Positions 29,748-42,620 of a stretch of 64,000 nt of DNA are shown in pieces (positions within the stretch are counted from its first letter, which is position 1; each line of letters starts with the position of its first letter). This DNA comes from Octopus vulgaris (Eukaryota), in NCBI GenBank assembly GCA_951406725.2, contig OX597818.1, forward strand, positions 129,952,001 to 130,016,000, given 5' to 3'. The notes beneath the pieces were generated by a model, which did no database searches, was not told the origin of the DNA, and was given only the letters and a program-made list of their open reading frames with translations. Position numbers and translations under genes: made by a program.

Positions 29748-29972
29748 GAGGCGCAATGGCCTAGTGGTTAGGGCAGCGGACTTGCGGTCGGAGGATCGCG
29801 GTTTCGATTCCCAGACCGGGCGTTGTGTGTGTTTATTGAGCGAAAACACCTAAAAGCTCCACGAGGCTCCGGCAGGAGGTGGTGATCCCTGCTGTACTCA
29901 AAAGGCGGTGCTCCAGCATGGCCGCAGTCAAATGACTGAAACAAGTACAAAAAAAAAAAAAAAAAAAAAAAA
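29748..29972 (+). mobile_element. Chimeric SINE: family D tRNA-like head fused to family A 3' tail and poly(A)
   Basis: Pol III A box TGGCCTAGTGG and B box GTTTCGATTCC. Matches the 32889 copy up to CCCTGCTGTACTC, then switches to AAGGCGGTGCTCCAGCATGGCCGCAGTCAAATGACTGAAACAAGT and a poly(A) run. Confidence 0.85.
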
Positions 29973-29998
29973 TATGTATACATATATATATATGTATA

Positions 29999-30034
<36 letters not shown>

Positions 30035-30385
30035 ATGTATATATATTCACACACACATACATATAAATATACATACAGTACAAAAAGACTGAAATTTAAA
30101 ATATTTAAAATTACACAAAAAAGAAACAATGACTTGTGAATTTTATAAATTTATCTGAACAAATTTTGGGATATGCAAACAAATTTATGTGTGTGTATTT
30201 ATAAATATGCAGATACATGTGTATTCATATATATACATACATACATGCATACATATATATATGTATATATATATACATACATATATATATGTATATATAT
30301 ATATATATATACATACATACATACATATATGTATATATATATATACATACATACATACATATATATATATACATACATACATACA

Positions 30386-30416
<31 letters not shown>

Positions 30417-30430
30417 ATACATACATACAT

Positions 30431-30462
<32 letters not shown>

Positions 30463-30959
30463 GTATGGATATATATATTTATATATAAACGCACATATTT
30501 ATATGAGCATATTCTTATATATGCATATATGGGTTTGTGTTTGTATACATACATATATAATATATATACTCATACACACACACACATACATACCTATATA
30601 TCTACACATATACATGTGTACATATCATGTGTATGTGTGTGTATGCCTATATATTGTGTCAGATGTATGTATACACACTCACACACAGACACATGTATAA
30701 AATATACACCCTAACCTACAGAATATATTTATCTTAAGCACTTATGCACCTGTCAGATGCTAATTCTCCAAGTCTGCCCACAGCAAATAATCAAAATGAA
30801 GTTGAGGAAGAAAGAAAAACTTATTCCTATAGTGGACTGATACTTTATTTACCAAATCCCAAATGCTGAAGTAAAGTTGACCTTGATTGCATTTGATCTT
30901 AGAGTAAATTGATCTGAAACAAACAACTTGAAGCAATCTTTCTGAAGTTCTAATGACTA

Positions 30960-31180
30960 GTAATTGGTAGCAGTGCTTCTGTCACATATTAAGCTTTTTT
31001 CTGTTAGTCTACCTGTGATTTCATTATACCTTAAAATGGGCACAGCATATGAAGTTTTCTGTATATCCCTGATGATACACCAGGGCCCTGTTCCCTTTCC
31101 TACTTGCTAAAACCTTAGAGTTTTTAAAGTTTACATTAAGACCTCTGAACTCTATGTTTAGCTTCCATACCTTGAGTTTC
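30960..31180 (-). mobile_element. RTE-clade LINE ORF fragment
   Basis: KLKVWKLNIEFRGLNVNFKNSKVLASRK followed by a Cys-containing stretch resembles the RTE RT C-terminal region (W...LE..GL.VN..KTKV). Confidence 0.55.
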
Positions 31181-31576
31181 CTCTTTACTCTTTTATTTGT
31201 TTCAGTCATTTGACTGTGGCCATGCTGGAGCACCGCCTTTAGTCGAGCAAATCGACCCCGGGACTTATTCTTTGTAAGCCCAGTACTTATTCTATTGGTC
31301 TCTTTTGCCGAACCGCTAAGTGACAGGGACGTAAACACACCAGCATCGGTTGTCAAGCAATGCTAGGGGGACAAACACAGACACACAAACACACACATAT
31401 ATATAAATATACATATACAACAGGCTTCTTTCAGTTTCCGTCTACCAAATCCACTCACAAGGCATTGGTCGGCCTGGGGCTATAGCAGAAGACACTTGCC
31501 CAAGATGCCACGCAGTGTGACTGAACCCGGAACCATGTGGTTGGTTAGCAAGCTACTTACCACACAGCCACTCCTC
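31180..31576 (-). mobile_element. SINE family A, young full-length copy
   Basis: Near-identical to the copies at 43070, 55000, 59510 and 63195. tRNA-like head with GGTTCCGGGTTCAGTC on the minus strand. Confidence 0.92.
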
Positions 31577-31842
31577 TTTAATTCCACTATAGATTCAGCT
31601 ATGAGAACGAAATCATCAGTATATAAGAGTTCCCATGGACAGCCCGTCTTAAACTTTGCTGTAATTGGCTCAAGGATTGAGCTTTGAAAGACTACTATCC
31701 TTGTGCTAAAACATCATTGACTCACCTCTCTCTCTCTTTCTCTCCACACACACACACACACACATAAGTATATGTATATATACACACATACTCATATGTA
31801 TGTGAGTATACACATGCACACACATACACATATATATATATG

Positions 31843-32078
31843 TAAAAGCACCATCCGATTGAGGCCGTTGCCAGCCTCGTCTGGCACCTGTGCAGGTGGC
31901 ACGTAAAAAGCACCCACTATACTCATGGAGTGGTTGGCATTAGGAAGGGCATCCAGCTGTAGAAACACTGCCAGATCAGACTGGGCCTGGCGCAGCCTAC
32001 TGGCTCCCCAGACCCCAGTTGAACCGTCCAACCCATGCTAGCATGGAAAACGGACATTAAACGATGATGATGATGATG
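31843..32078 (+). mobile_element. SINE family C (GGCATTAGGAAGGGCATCCAGCTGTAGAAAC core, (GAT)n tail)
   Basis: Near-identical to 45478-45768 and 60940-61180. Confidence 0.88.
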
Positions 32079-32101
32079 ACCCATACACACACATTCACAC
32101 A

Positions 32102-32874
32102 CAAAGTTGCATTCCAGAATTTTGAGATATTTTCTGAAGAAACATTTGTTAATTTCAAAAACGTACAAAACTCCAATCTTCTTCAAAGTAGGGTCCTCTG
32201 ACTTCAATGCATTTGTTGTAGCATTCATGAAAGTCCCATGGAAGTCCTTCACAGTGAAAGTGTCCAGAAGTCTTGTCACAACCTCCTTGAGATTGTGGAA
32301 CAATTCAAAGTCACAGGGAGCAAGGTCTGGACGGTAGAGAGCATGAGGAACAGTTTTCATGCTGATCTCCGTCAAGAATTTGGTTACCAGGATGGAATTG
32401 TGGACTGATGCATTGTCCTGGTACAGGTGCTCTGGCTTTTCAGCAACTAAATCTCTTCCTAAACTCCTTCAGAACCTCAACAAACTACTCTTTGTTGACT
32501 GTCTGGTCAGAGAGAACCCAGTATGGGACCATCATGAACTTGGTGGACTTGCTTTGCCCAGCCTCAATTGATACGCAGTCTGGAGCATTTTCTGTAGTGT
32601 TTTTGCCCAGATTAACACAAAGCCTTCTCACATAGCAAGCTTCCAAATTGCTTTCGTGTCTCAACTACACTCTGCAAACTAGTCAGCTGTGACAAGCAAT
32701 GCTGAGTAGGGTGTGTTTGAAGTGTTGCTACAACTGTCTCCTTTAATCTTGAATAACAAAATTTGCAGGTTAGTTTATTAGATGTATTGCAATGATTCAC
32801 TAAATTTATAGTAATGTAGGACAGTTATAACTGCCTTTCCTAATTATATCACAAAACTTCTGAAATGCACCTTG
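32102..32874 (-). mobile_element. Internally deleted mariner-family DNA transposon
   Basis: VPHALYRPDLAPCDFELF matches the mariner YSPDLAP(S/C)D motif. Imperfect ~28-bp TIRs at 32102-32130 and 32846-32874, with TA at the right end. Confidence 0.8.
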
Positions 32875-32888
32875 TATATACTTACACG

Positions 32889-33275
32889 GGAGGCGCAATG
32901 GCCCAGTGGTTAGGGCAGCGGACTCGCGGTCATAGGATCGCGGTTTCGATTCCCAGACTGGGCATTGTGAGTGTTTATTGAGCGAAAACACCTAAAAGCT
33001 CCACGAGGCTCCATCAGGGGATGGTGGTGATCCCTGCTGTACTCTTTCATCACAACTTTCTCTCACTCTTACTTCCTGTTTCTATTGTACCTGTATTTCA
33101 AAGGGCCGGCCTTGTCACTCTCTGTGTCACGCTGAATATCTCCAAGAACTACGTTAAGGGTACACGTGTCTGTGGAGTGCTCAGCCACTTACACGTTAAT
33201 TTCACGAGCAGGCTGTTCCATTGATTCGGATCAACCAGAACCCTCATCATCGTAACCGATGGAGTGCTTCCATAT
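32889..33275 (+). mobile_element. SINE family D (tRNA-derived head), full length
   Basis: A box TGGCCCAGTGG and B box GTTTCGATTCC, followed by a ~300-bp non-tRNA body. Head shared with 29748. Confidence 0.85.
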
Positions 33276-34245
33276 CCCATATACTTACACACACACACAC
33301 ACACATGTTTATTTATATGTATGTGTGTGTGTATTTTATGTTCTGTTGAGCTAACATAGAAATTGATCAACTGCAATCAACTTCCTTAGCACATCAACAT
33401 TTTTGCTGGGCCCTGAATGGTCTAAATTTTATCCGGTGATAGGAAAGGGAATTCCAAACACACAGAAGTGAAAATATATGTAAAAACATCTTGTATGTAT
33501 GATAATTTTTATGAAGTTTCACCAAATGTCTGCCATGAGCCAATACTCACTGAGCCTGAAATGATGAGAAACAAAGTTAATTTAGGCAGAATTTGAATTT
33601 AATAGTGTAGAAAACCAAACCAAATGCCCCAGGGTATTATATCATGCCTTCTGACTTCTCTGCCAGTTTGGTGTCATATGCACATGCACACGTGTGTGTG
33701 TATTATATAAGCAATAATATTGTCTTTGTAGATTCTCTCCATATTTTGAATTATGTTTAATTTGATTGTGAAACTACTGATAACTTCTGAACATGATAGT
33801 TGCAAAATATGGATTAATCACTATGTTACGCATAGGGAATTATGTTCTGTTGAGCTAGGCAAGTTAATGACTAGCTGTAAGCAATTGAATATGTATTGTG
33901 AACATATTATTTAAATGTATGAAATACATTTCAGTTGGAGATATTTAATATAAAAAATTATGGTAGAAATATCTTTATCTTTTCTTTATAAATCCTACAT
34001 GCATATAATGTTTATTATTTTCACACAAGTCTTATTTTAGCATTTATACATACAGATTCTCATTCTCTCTCTCTCTCTCTTTCTCTCCTTCTGTGTCTGT
34101 GTGCATATGTTTGTGTACACATGTGTGAGTGTGTGTTTGTGGATGGAGGCTACACACATAAAGAAGCATTACTCAAAATTCTTCCTATTTGACTTGAAAT
34201 TTTGAGAAGTCAAACTGAACTGTGGAATCTTGACTGCCTGTAAAT

Positions 34246-34301
<56 letters not shown>

Positions 34302-35566
34302 ACACACTTAAACTACTCCCTTTTATATAATATAACTCTAATATCACATGCTCCAACAGATGCAAACATGCTTCCATAAGTCCCCAGCCTATTTGGTCGA
34401 TAAAAGGTGGCATCTTCATAAAAGGTGGAGTCTTCATAAGCGAGGGGTCTCTGTTGGTGTTGAAGCCACACCAAATACTCACTAGAAGGATCCTGCCCTT
34501 ACATCATCTGATGGTTTAATAAGATACTACATTGCATAACAGTCAATAATTTCAAGGGAGCAGTTAGACAGTGTATGCACACCTTCAGGGCCAGAGAAAA
34601 CCTTACATCCCTGATTTGATTCACCTGAGGACTTCAGGATTAAGGTAACACCATCCTCAACATCACTTAATGCATCCTTAACTTAACACCTCTTAATTCA
34701 CCTAGAGTATTTTAACTGTCAACTATACTTCCATGAGGAACTGTATATACTGTAAAAGCCTGTAGTAGCCATCACCAGGAAGACTAATTTATCCTGCTGT
34801 CATCACCAAAGATATACCCAACAAAAAAATTTGAAGTCAGGGACTACCAATACTTTGGAAAAGCTGTGTTGATCCTGACTGTTACATCCACAGCTACTGG
34901 GTAAAAATTTTCTCCTTACCCAAAGTAATATTATTTTCTATCCTAGCCTAGCAGCTACAAATACATCACAAACAGCTATGCACAACACACCAATAGATAT
35001 ATAACCTGACATCACCATACTGATTATCTTGCCACATGGAACCTTTCAATTCCTCCCATCACTAGTCACCGAGTTGATGAATCCTACAGATTGTCAACCA
35101 GCTTGCACCACAAGATTGATCCCTTTACCAATTGGAAGAATAAAAGAAATTATTTGTTGTCACTATTTTATAAATATCTTTTTCTGTCCTGAACTGACCA
35201 ATGGAGACTTCCAAATATTCTCATTTAGAAGCAATCATTTTTGCTTATGCTTTTGAACTGTCGTGAATTTGTTCATAAACAGACCGTGATTTGATATGAA
35301 TTATAAGTTTAAACATTCACAATCTCCTCACTTGTACTCAATTTAGTGTCTCAATTCTTTGTTTGCATTTAATGTTATAGTCACACATAACTTACCAAAG
35401 TATGAAAGGAGAGAATCTAGTTTGGTGATTTCCAAAATTACAGGAAACTTAGATCATACATTGCTTCCCTGTAATGTAATGAGTTGACCTCATAGTTTCT
35501 CAGACTCCCCCATCATCTTCAAGATTACATAGGGTAATCAACTTGAATTTTTCATTTGTTTTTCAG

Positions 35567-35581
35567 CCATATTTAATGTGT
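35567..35581 (+). other. Candidate 15-nt microexon
   Basis: TTTTTCATTTGTTTTTCAG|CCATATTTAATGTGT|GTAAGT. Length is a multiple of 3 and it lies in unique sequence. Confidence 0.4.
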
Positions 35582-35815
35582 GTAAGTATCATGCTGATAG
35601 AGAACCCATATCTCGAGTATGGCCTAAATTTACATGTAAATGAAAACAGCCTGCTTATACAAAGCTACACTTAATACTGTAATTTTTTATGAAGTATATT
35701 TTACTCTTCATGTAAACTAAATTCTCTCACTCTTGGTTTATATAACATAATACACTCATTTTATGTGTGTGAGATTATGTGCGTATGCATAAAACTGACA
35801 GAATGTTATCTTTAA

Positions 35816-36034
35816 CCTTTTAGCATTTGAATTACTCTGTAAAATGTAATGCTTATTAATTAATTAATTGTTTTGAATTAATCCTGATCCCGCAGCATCA
35901 AGATTTCAATGATTAGATTGCTTATTTTTAGAATGACATTCGAGGATTGATGTAAAAGGCCAGATCTGGTCAGCTTGAACACAAAAACAGGTAGAATATT
36001 TGGGCTGGGTATGGCTGGTTAAAATGCTAAAGGG
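35816..36034 (+). mobile_element. piggyBac-type MITE family 1
   Basis: TTAA on both sides; TIRs CCTTTTAGCATTT / AAATGCTAAAGGG. Related copies at ~40160, 60188, 60565 and 63100. Confidence 0.8.
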
Positions 36035-37029
36035 TTAAGACATCAGTCCTAGTGTGGGTTAACGAAGGTGTGTACATATACAGACAGATAGATATAAATG
36101 CATGTGTTTATGTCTCATCTGATGTCTAAATTTATTGCCTTTACAACAATGCCATTGTTTCACAGGAGTCAGTCCTACTTATCAAAGGAATATCAAAATT
36201 ATGGATTTTTATTTAATTTGAATATTGCAAAATTCATAAATTTGTTAGGCCATTAAAAACATTGATATTAATATCTTTCAAAAAATACCTACTTCCTCCT
36301 GATTACAAATACGTCAAATTGAACTAATAAAACTTATCAACAAGAGCATGTTCTATAAACGCAGCAAATAAATGTCGACTGGAAAGCCTCTCAATTTTAC
36401 AAATCAGATAATCTCATACTGCAGATCATTATTCCCTATAAACAACGCTATTAACTTATTATAAATTAATTATACCTAAAGACCTCAAACTTCAGATCAA
36501 ATTTTCAACCCTTCAGAGTATATGTATAGTAGTAGTAGTAGGTCATCATAACCTGTTTAGATCTATTTCTATTGGTTTATTCCATAAACAGAATAATAAA
36601 TAAATAATTAAATGAATAAATAAATCTTAACTTCCACAAAGCAATAATATTAGGCACATTAATACTATTGCTTTAAACTTCCACTAATAAACCTAGTTAA
36701 AATCACAATAATACAATCAATTATTCTTGTCATTAATATCTTACCATTAAATATTATTCATGTCCTCTGTCATTCCACATTCAGTTGCAATCATATCATT
36801 ATCACTGACACACACACAAACACACACACCCACACACACAGACACACACAATGGTTGTGCTTATAGACTTAAATAGCTGTGTGATTAAAAAGTTTGCTTC
36901 CCATGGTTTCAGGTTCAGCCTCAATGCAAGGTACCTTGGGTAAATGTCTTTTAACATAGCTCCTGGCTGATTGTATTTGGTAGTCAGAAACTGAAAGAAG
37001 ACAGTTGTATTTATTTATATTATAAGTAT

Positions 37030-37245
37030 GTATAAGAAATTAAACAAATGATGAAAGAACAGAAAATTATGTAACGTACTTCATTAGCTAATAGCTGTTT
37101 CTGCTATAAGACGCAGTGCACTTGGAATTGAGTGCTTGTGCATCATCTTATGTCTTCTTCAGAGCTTCTCATAGTGGAAATAGCTATAAGTTAATGGAGT
37201 TCATTGAATAATTTCCTGTTCCTTTGTCATTTATTCAATTTCATA
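37030..37245 (-). mobile_element. Palindromic element with hammerhead-like core and extended stem II
   Basis: ~75-bp diverged inverted arms. Minus strand CTGAAGA..ATAAGATGATGCAC..GTGCACTGCGTCTTAT..GAAAC-AGCT (37162-37093). Confidence 0.55.
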
Positions 37246-37367
37246 TTACAGTCTATACTCAACTAATAGTTTATTCCAAAGCATATGTGTGTTGAGTTAT
37301 AACATCAGATTATTAGTATCCCTATTCCTAAGAAAATTATTACAATTATATATATATATAGAGAGAG

Positions 37368-37735
37368 AGATGAGTGTATTTTTACCTTGTTAACAATTAA
37401 CACGGAAAAATAAACAAATAGTTACCAGGGCAGCAAAAATCTCACAAGTAAAGATGTTTCAACCTTTATAAACAAGGAGTTACAACATCTTTACTTGTGA
37501 GATTTTTGCTGCCCTGGTAACTATTTATTTATTTTTCCGTGTTAATTGTTAACAAGGTAAAAATACACTCATCTATTTATAATACTTTAATCAGGTTTAT
37601 TAATAACCTGCTAACTGAATAGTTACAGCATATGGAGTTATTGAATAGTATCAGTGGAATTTTCGAAACATGTGTAGAAAGTAAAAATACTTGTTTAAAC
37701 CTGCGTTAACTCCATTTTTTATTCATATTATTCCT
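37368..37735 (+). mobile_element. PLE pseudo-LTR with ~90-bp inverted duplication
   Basis: 37368-37458 is the near-perfect reverse complement of ~37484-37575. Homologous to 781-1012. GAAAC-ATGT-GTA at 37665-37676; flanked by TA tracts. Confidence 0.7.
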
Positions 37736-37984
37736 TATATATATATGTATATATATATAAAAGATGTAATAAGGATTTCAAAGTATCACTTCAGTTTGAC
37801 TTCATCATTACCACTTATACAACTTGATGACACTACAAACTAACTGGATACTCTAACAATGATTTGGAGTAGTTTGTTATATTTGACTGAAATCAGGATT
37901 CCTTCGAATGCCCAGGAGGATCCTTAGCAATAGTAGAGAGGCAGTCAGAATGGTAAGATGTAGAAAGAGGTAACAGGTACATAG

Positions 37985-38395
37985 AACTGGCAGAATCGTT
38001 AGCACGCCAGGCAAAATGCGTAGCCGTATTTCGTCTGCCGTTACGTTCTGAGTTCAAATCCTGCCGAGGTTGACTTTGCCTTTCATCCTTTCGGGGTTGA
38101 TAAATTAAGTACCAGTTACACACTGGAGTCGATCTAATTGACTTAATCCATTTGTCTGTCCTTATTTGTCCCCTCTATGTTTAGCCCCTTGTGGGTAGTA
38201 AAGAAATAGGTATTTCATCTGCCGCTATGTTCTGAGTTCAAATTCTACCGAGGTAGACTTTGCCTTTCATCCTTTCGGGGTCGATAAATTAAGTACCAGT
38301 TACACACTGGGGTCGATCTAATCGACTTAATCCATTTGTCTGTCCTTATTTGTCCCCTCTATGTTTAGCCCCTTGTGGGTAGTAAAGAAATAGGT
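37985..38395 (+). mobile_element. SINE family B tandem dimer (second unit 5'-truncated)
   Basis: Two head-to-tail units, each ending GGGTAGTAAAGAAATAGGTA. Core GCCTTTCATCCTTTCGGGGTCGATAAATTAAGTACCAG. Confidence 0.9.
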
Positions 38396-38729
38396 ACATA
38401 GAAGTGAATATCATTGAATGACAAATGTGGGGGATGTCAATTGCTGACATGAAAGGAAAATAATAAAAGGGTAAAGAACAATGTTGAGAATGGAGAATAA
38501 GGGAAGTGGTCCCAAAGAGACCAATAACTGGTTGCACAAAACAGGATAAGAAATAAGTGCAGCTCGGCTCTTATATAATTGCTATAGTTAGATAGGTCGA
38601 GGAGGGATGGGTGTTGCATATATGTGTGGTAGGAGGGGATTGATAGGTACAGGGGAGACTATGATCTTGGACCACTGAGTGCAAGATCATAGACATAAAA
38701 ACCATTCTTTTAAGACCCCATTTTTTTGC

Positions 38730-39030
38730 TGATAGGGATAGTGTTCTTGAGCACAAGGAATCACCAATCATCTAGGCTCTTTGTCGTCTCTCCTATGAAG
38801 CTCAACAATTTGAGGTTAGTCTTCAGTACTTCATCTCATGTCTTTAACAGTCCATGTCTTCTGCAAGTTCCAATCACACTTAATAATCGGTACTTCTTTA
38901 TGCAGCTTTCCTCATCCATACTCATCATATGGCCCTACCAATGGAGTCTTCTCTCTTGCATACAACATCTGATACCGCTTACATCCAGTTTTTCTCTCAA
39001 CACATTTGCATTTTGCAGTGTGTTCATATC
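38730..39030 (-). mobile_element. RTE-clade LINE 3' ORF remnant
   Basis: Minus-strand translation LREKLDVSGIRCCMQERRLHW*GHMMSMDEESCIKK...GLLKT*DEV matches the RTE motif RLRW.GHV.RM...GRP.KTW, with stop codons. Confidence 0.75.
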
Positions 39031-40159
39031 GAGTCTCACATAATTTCTTTTCTCATCTTTCATTGTTTTATTACACAACTGCCTCCACCTGCCCCCTTTC
39101 ATCTCCTCCTCCCTAACCCACTTCTATTTTCCTGTACATTCACCCCAGAACTGAGATACACCATTGACCACACCTCCACCAGTGTTCACCATTCTGCAGT
39201 CACCTCTGGTAGTCACGTGATCACTATATACTCAATCTGCAGAAGAGAAACCATTATTTACTACACTGTTAGTAAACATATCAGGCTGTGAACAGTTCAT
39301 GGTCTGTATCTGCCTACAAATTAATGTTTGCATAACATATGTAAAAATCATGAAATTTATAATGTAATAATAAAAAAAAGCTTTAGTTATAATCAAATCT
39401 CCAGTGTTATTCTAATCTTGTATATTTATATGTGTGCGTTTGTGTGTGTACACACACAAATACTTGTGTATATAATATACAAGAATATGAATATATATGG
39501 TTGTTATCTTCATCAGTTTCAACATCATTATTATTTCCAGATTTAAGATGGTAAGCTAGCAGAATTGTTAGCATGCTGGGCAAAATGCTTAGCAACATTT
39601 TGTCCATCTTTACATTCTGAATTCAAATTTCACTGAGGTCAACCTTGCCTTTCATCTTCTCGGGGTCAATAAAATAATCCCCACCCCAGAAATTTCAGGC
39701 CTTATACCTTTAGTAGACATGATTATTATTTCTAGATTATTATAATAAGGAATTCAAAAGTACACACATTTTTTGACAAAAATGATATTTGTCCTCACTC
39801 TTTCTTGGTCAACATTTCACCTTCATTCTATTGAACAATGCCAGGTATATGTGATATTAGCTGGGGTTACACTAATCTTTTAATGTGCAATGATGTGTCC
39901 TGTGTATCCATGTCCTGTGTGTACCAAGAACATATTGAAGTTGGAGCCTCCTATCCCTCTCAAAACAATATAGTAACCCATTTATGTTGCTGATTGATAT
40001 CTGTACTTGTCACATAAAGGTATCTACAAGCCTCATGGCCTTATAGTCAAAGAATTACTGTAGGCTTTCTCACTATTACAATCATCACATAATGTACACT
40101 CTGTCATCTGTGTTTTGATCTTAATCTGGGTGTTTTCAGTCAATACAGTGATGACACTT

Positions 40160-40355
40160 AACCTTTTGACATTTAAACCAGCCATATCCAGCCCTAATAT
40201 TGTACCTGACTTAAGTTCAAACTAACCAGATTTGGCCTCTCACACCTACCTTACAATGTCATTCTAAAAGTCAACAGTCACATGGTCTGGAATCTTGAAG
40301 CTACAAGATTAATTCAAAACAATGTGAATAAATAAACTTTACATTTGACAGAGTA
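40160..40355 (-). mobile_element. piggyBac-type MITE family 1, partial
   Basis: Starts TTAACCTTTTGACATTT; reverse-complement homology to 35816-36034. Confidence 0.7.
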
Positions 40356-40913
40356 ATCATCATCATTTAATGTCCATTGAACGATCACACATAGTAAGAA
40401 ATTAAGAAGCAGTAGAGGAGATTGTCAACTGATTTCAAATAACCATTACATATATTGAGGAATTTTTCTCTCACTTTACTTCCAAAAGTGTGTGGGTGTA
40501 TTTGTCTCGAACTGGTACCACACAATTTCTCTATCTCTCACTCATATCATTTATCTTTTGTTTCAGTCATTAGACTGTGGCCATGCTGGAGCAGACTGCC
40601 TTGAAGAGTTTTAGTCAAACAAGTTGACCCCAGTACTTATTTGTTTTAAAGATTGGTACTTATTCTATCAATCTCCTTAACTACGAATTTACAGAGATGT
40701 AAACAAACCAACACTGGACAGACTCCACACACACACACATTTACGATGGGTTTTATCATAGCCACCATCAACATTCACAAAGCATTAGTCTGCCTAGGGT
40801 TGTAATAGAAGACATTTACCCAAGGGGCTGCACAATAGGAGTATACATACATTATATATATAGACATATAGACATATACATACATACATATATATAGACA
40901 TACATACATATAC

Positions 40914-41014
<101 letters not shown>

Positions 41015-41279
41015 CATATATATACATACATATATATATATACATACATAAATACATATATACATACATACATACATATATATATACATATACATATATA
41101 CATGCATACATACATACATACATATGCCCCCTCATTATCGAGTTTGGCCATTGCACGAAGCTTAACTGTTACAGGTGCTGTGATCGAATGTGACTTTTTA
41201 GCCCAGCTAGCTAGCTAACTACATACATACATACATACATACATACATACATACATACATACATACATACATACATACA

Positions 41280-41315
<36 letters not shown>

Positions 41316-42583
41316 CAGGGGTTGGACAAAATAATAGAAACACCTAGCATCTTAACATCATAATTTTGAAATATCTATAGAACCATCACAATCTTGTTTA
41401 TGTTTATGTTTTTTGATTTATTATTAATATGTTTTGCTAAAATTGCTGTTTCTTTTCAGATATCATCTGAAAAAGGTAATTAAAATTCATTAAAATGATA
41501 GATCTATCAGACTTTCAAAGAGGTCAAATTGTTGGTGCTCATATGGTAGGTGTAGCATAATGAAAACAGCCAAAATCTTTGGTGTATCAAAAATTACAGT
41601 CTTGAAAGTAATGACAGCCTTTGAGAAAGAGGGAAAAACCTCTTTGTCAAAACAAAACTCCAGAAGAAAACCAAAACTATCAGATATGGACCGTCGGATT
41701 CTTATGTGAATTGTTAGAAAGGATTACAAAAGTACAGCTTCCAAAATCACTGTAGGGCTTAATGAATACTCCGAGAATCCAGTTTCCACAAAAACTGCTC
41801 AACAGGAGCTGCACAAAGTTGGATTTCATGGGAGAGCTGCAATCAGAAAACCACTACTTTCAAAAACAAATGTCGCAAAGTATTTAGAGTGGAGTAAAAA
41901 CCTACACAATTGGTCCCTAGAGCAGTGGAAGAATGTTATTTTCTTGGACGAGTCATCCTTTACCTTATTCCTGACCATCAGCCAAGTATATTTGTGGAGA
42001 CAGCCAAAACAAGCATTTGATCCAGACTGCCTTCTTCTAACTGCTAAACATGGAGGAGAATCCGTGATGATCTGGGGGGGGGGCTGTATTTTAGAAATCT
42101 GCCAGCCCAAATGGTCTCCCTCCATGGCAGAATTAATAGTTAAGACTATTTAAGCATTTTATTTAATCAAATTCATCCTATGGTTGTGGAACTGTTTCTA
42201 GAGGGAAACACAATCTTTCAGGATGATAATGCACCAATTCACATAGCTAAAATTGTTACTGAATAGTACAAGGAACATTCTAGTGAAGTTGAACATCGCA
42301 TCTGGCCTCCACAGTCCTCATATCTTAATATTATTGAACATTTATGGTGTATTTTAGAAAAATAAGTAAGGAGTTGATATCCTCCACCATCATCACCACA
42401 AGAACTGGAGACTGTTTTAGCTGAAGAATGGACAAAAAAATCCTTTGGAAACAATTCAAACTTTGTACAAGTTGATACCTCATAGAATTCAAGCTGTAAT
42501 AACTGCCAAAGGTGGTTCTACCCCATATTAAAATTAATTTATTTGAAATTTTAAGGTGTTTCCATTATTTTGTCAAACCCCTG
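41316..42583 (+). mobile_element. Full-length decayed Tc1-family DNA transposon
   Basis: TIRs CAGGGGTTGGACAAAATAATAGAAACACCT / AGGTGTTTCCATTATTTTGTCAAACCCCTG with TA on both sides; ~1.27 kb. Confidence 0.95.
41495..42531 (+). pseudogene. Tc1 transposase pseudogene (DD34E type)
   Basis: MIDLSDFQRGQIVG start; WKNVIFLDESSF, KHGGESVMIWG, IFQDDNAPIH, WPPQSSYLNIIEHLW and AVITAKGGSTPY* motifs; several frameshifts and stops. Confidence 0.92.

Positions 42584-42620
<37 letters not shown>

Noticed and set aside
32889-32965. tRNA-like sequence (also at 29748)
   Set aside because: A and B boxes are present, but there is no pairing acceptor stem and it continues into a repeated body, so it is a SINE head rather than a tRNA gene.
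34398-34440. 18-bp tandem repeat ATAAAAGGTGG..TCTTC
   Set aside because: Only two units; an ordinary local slippage duplication.
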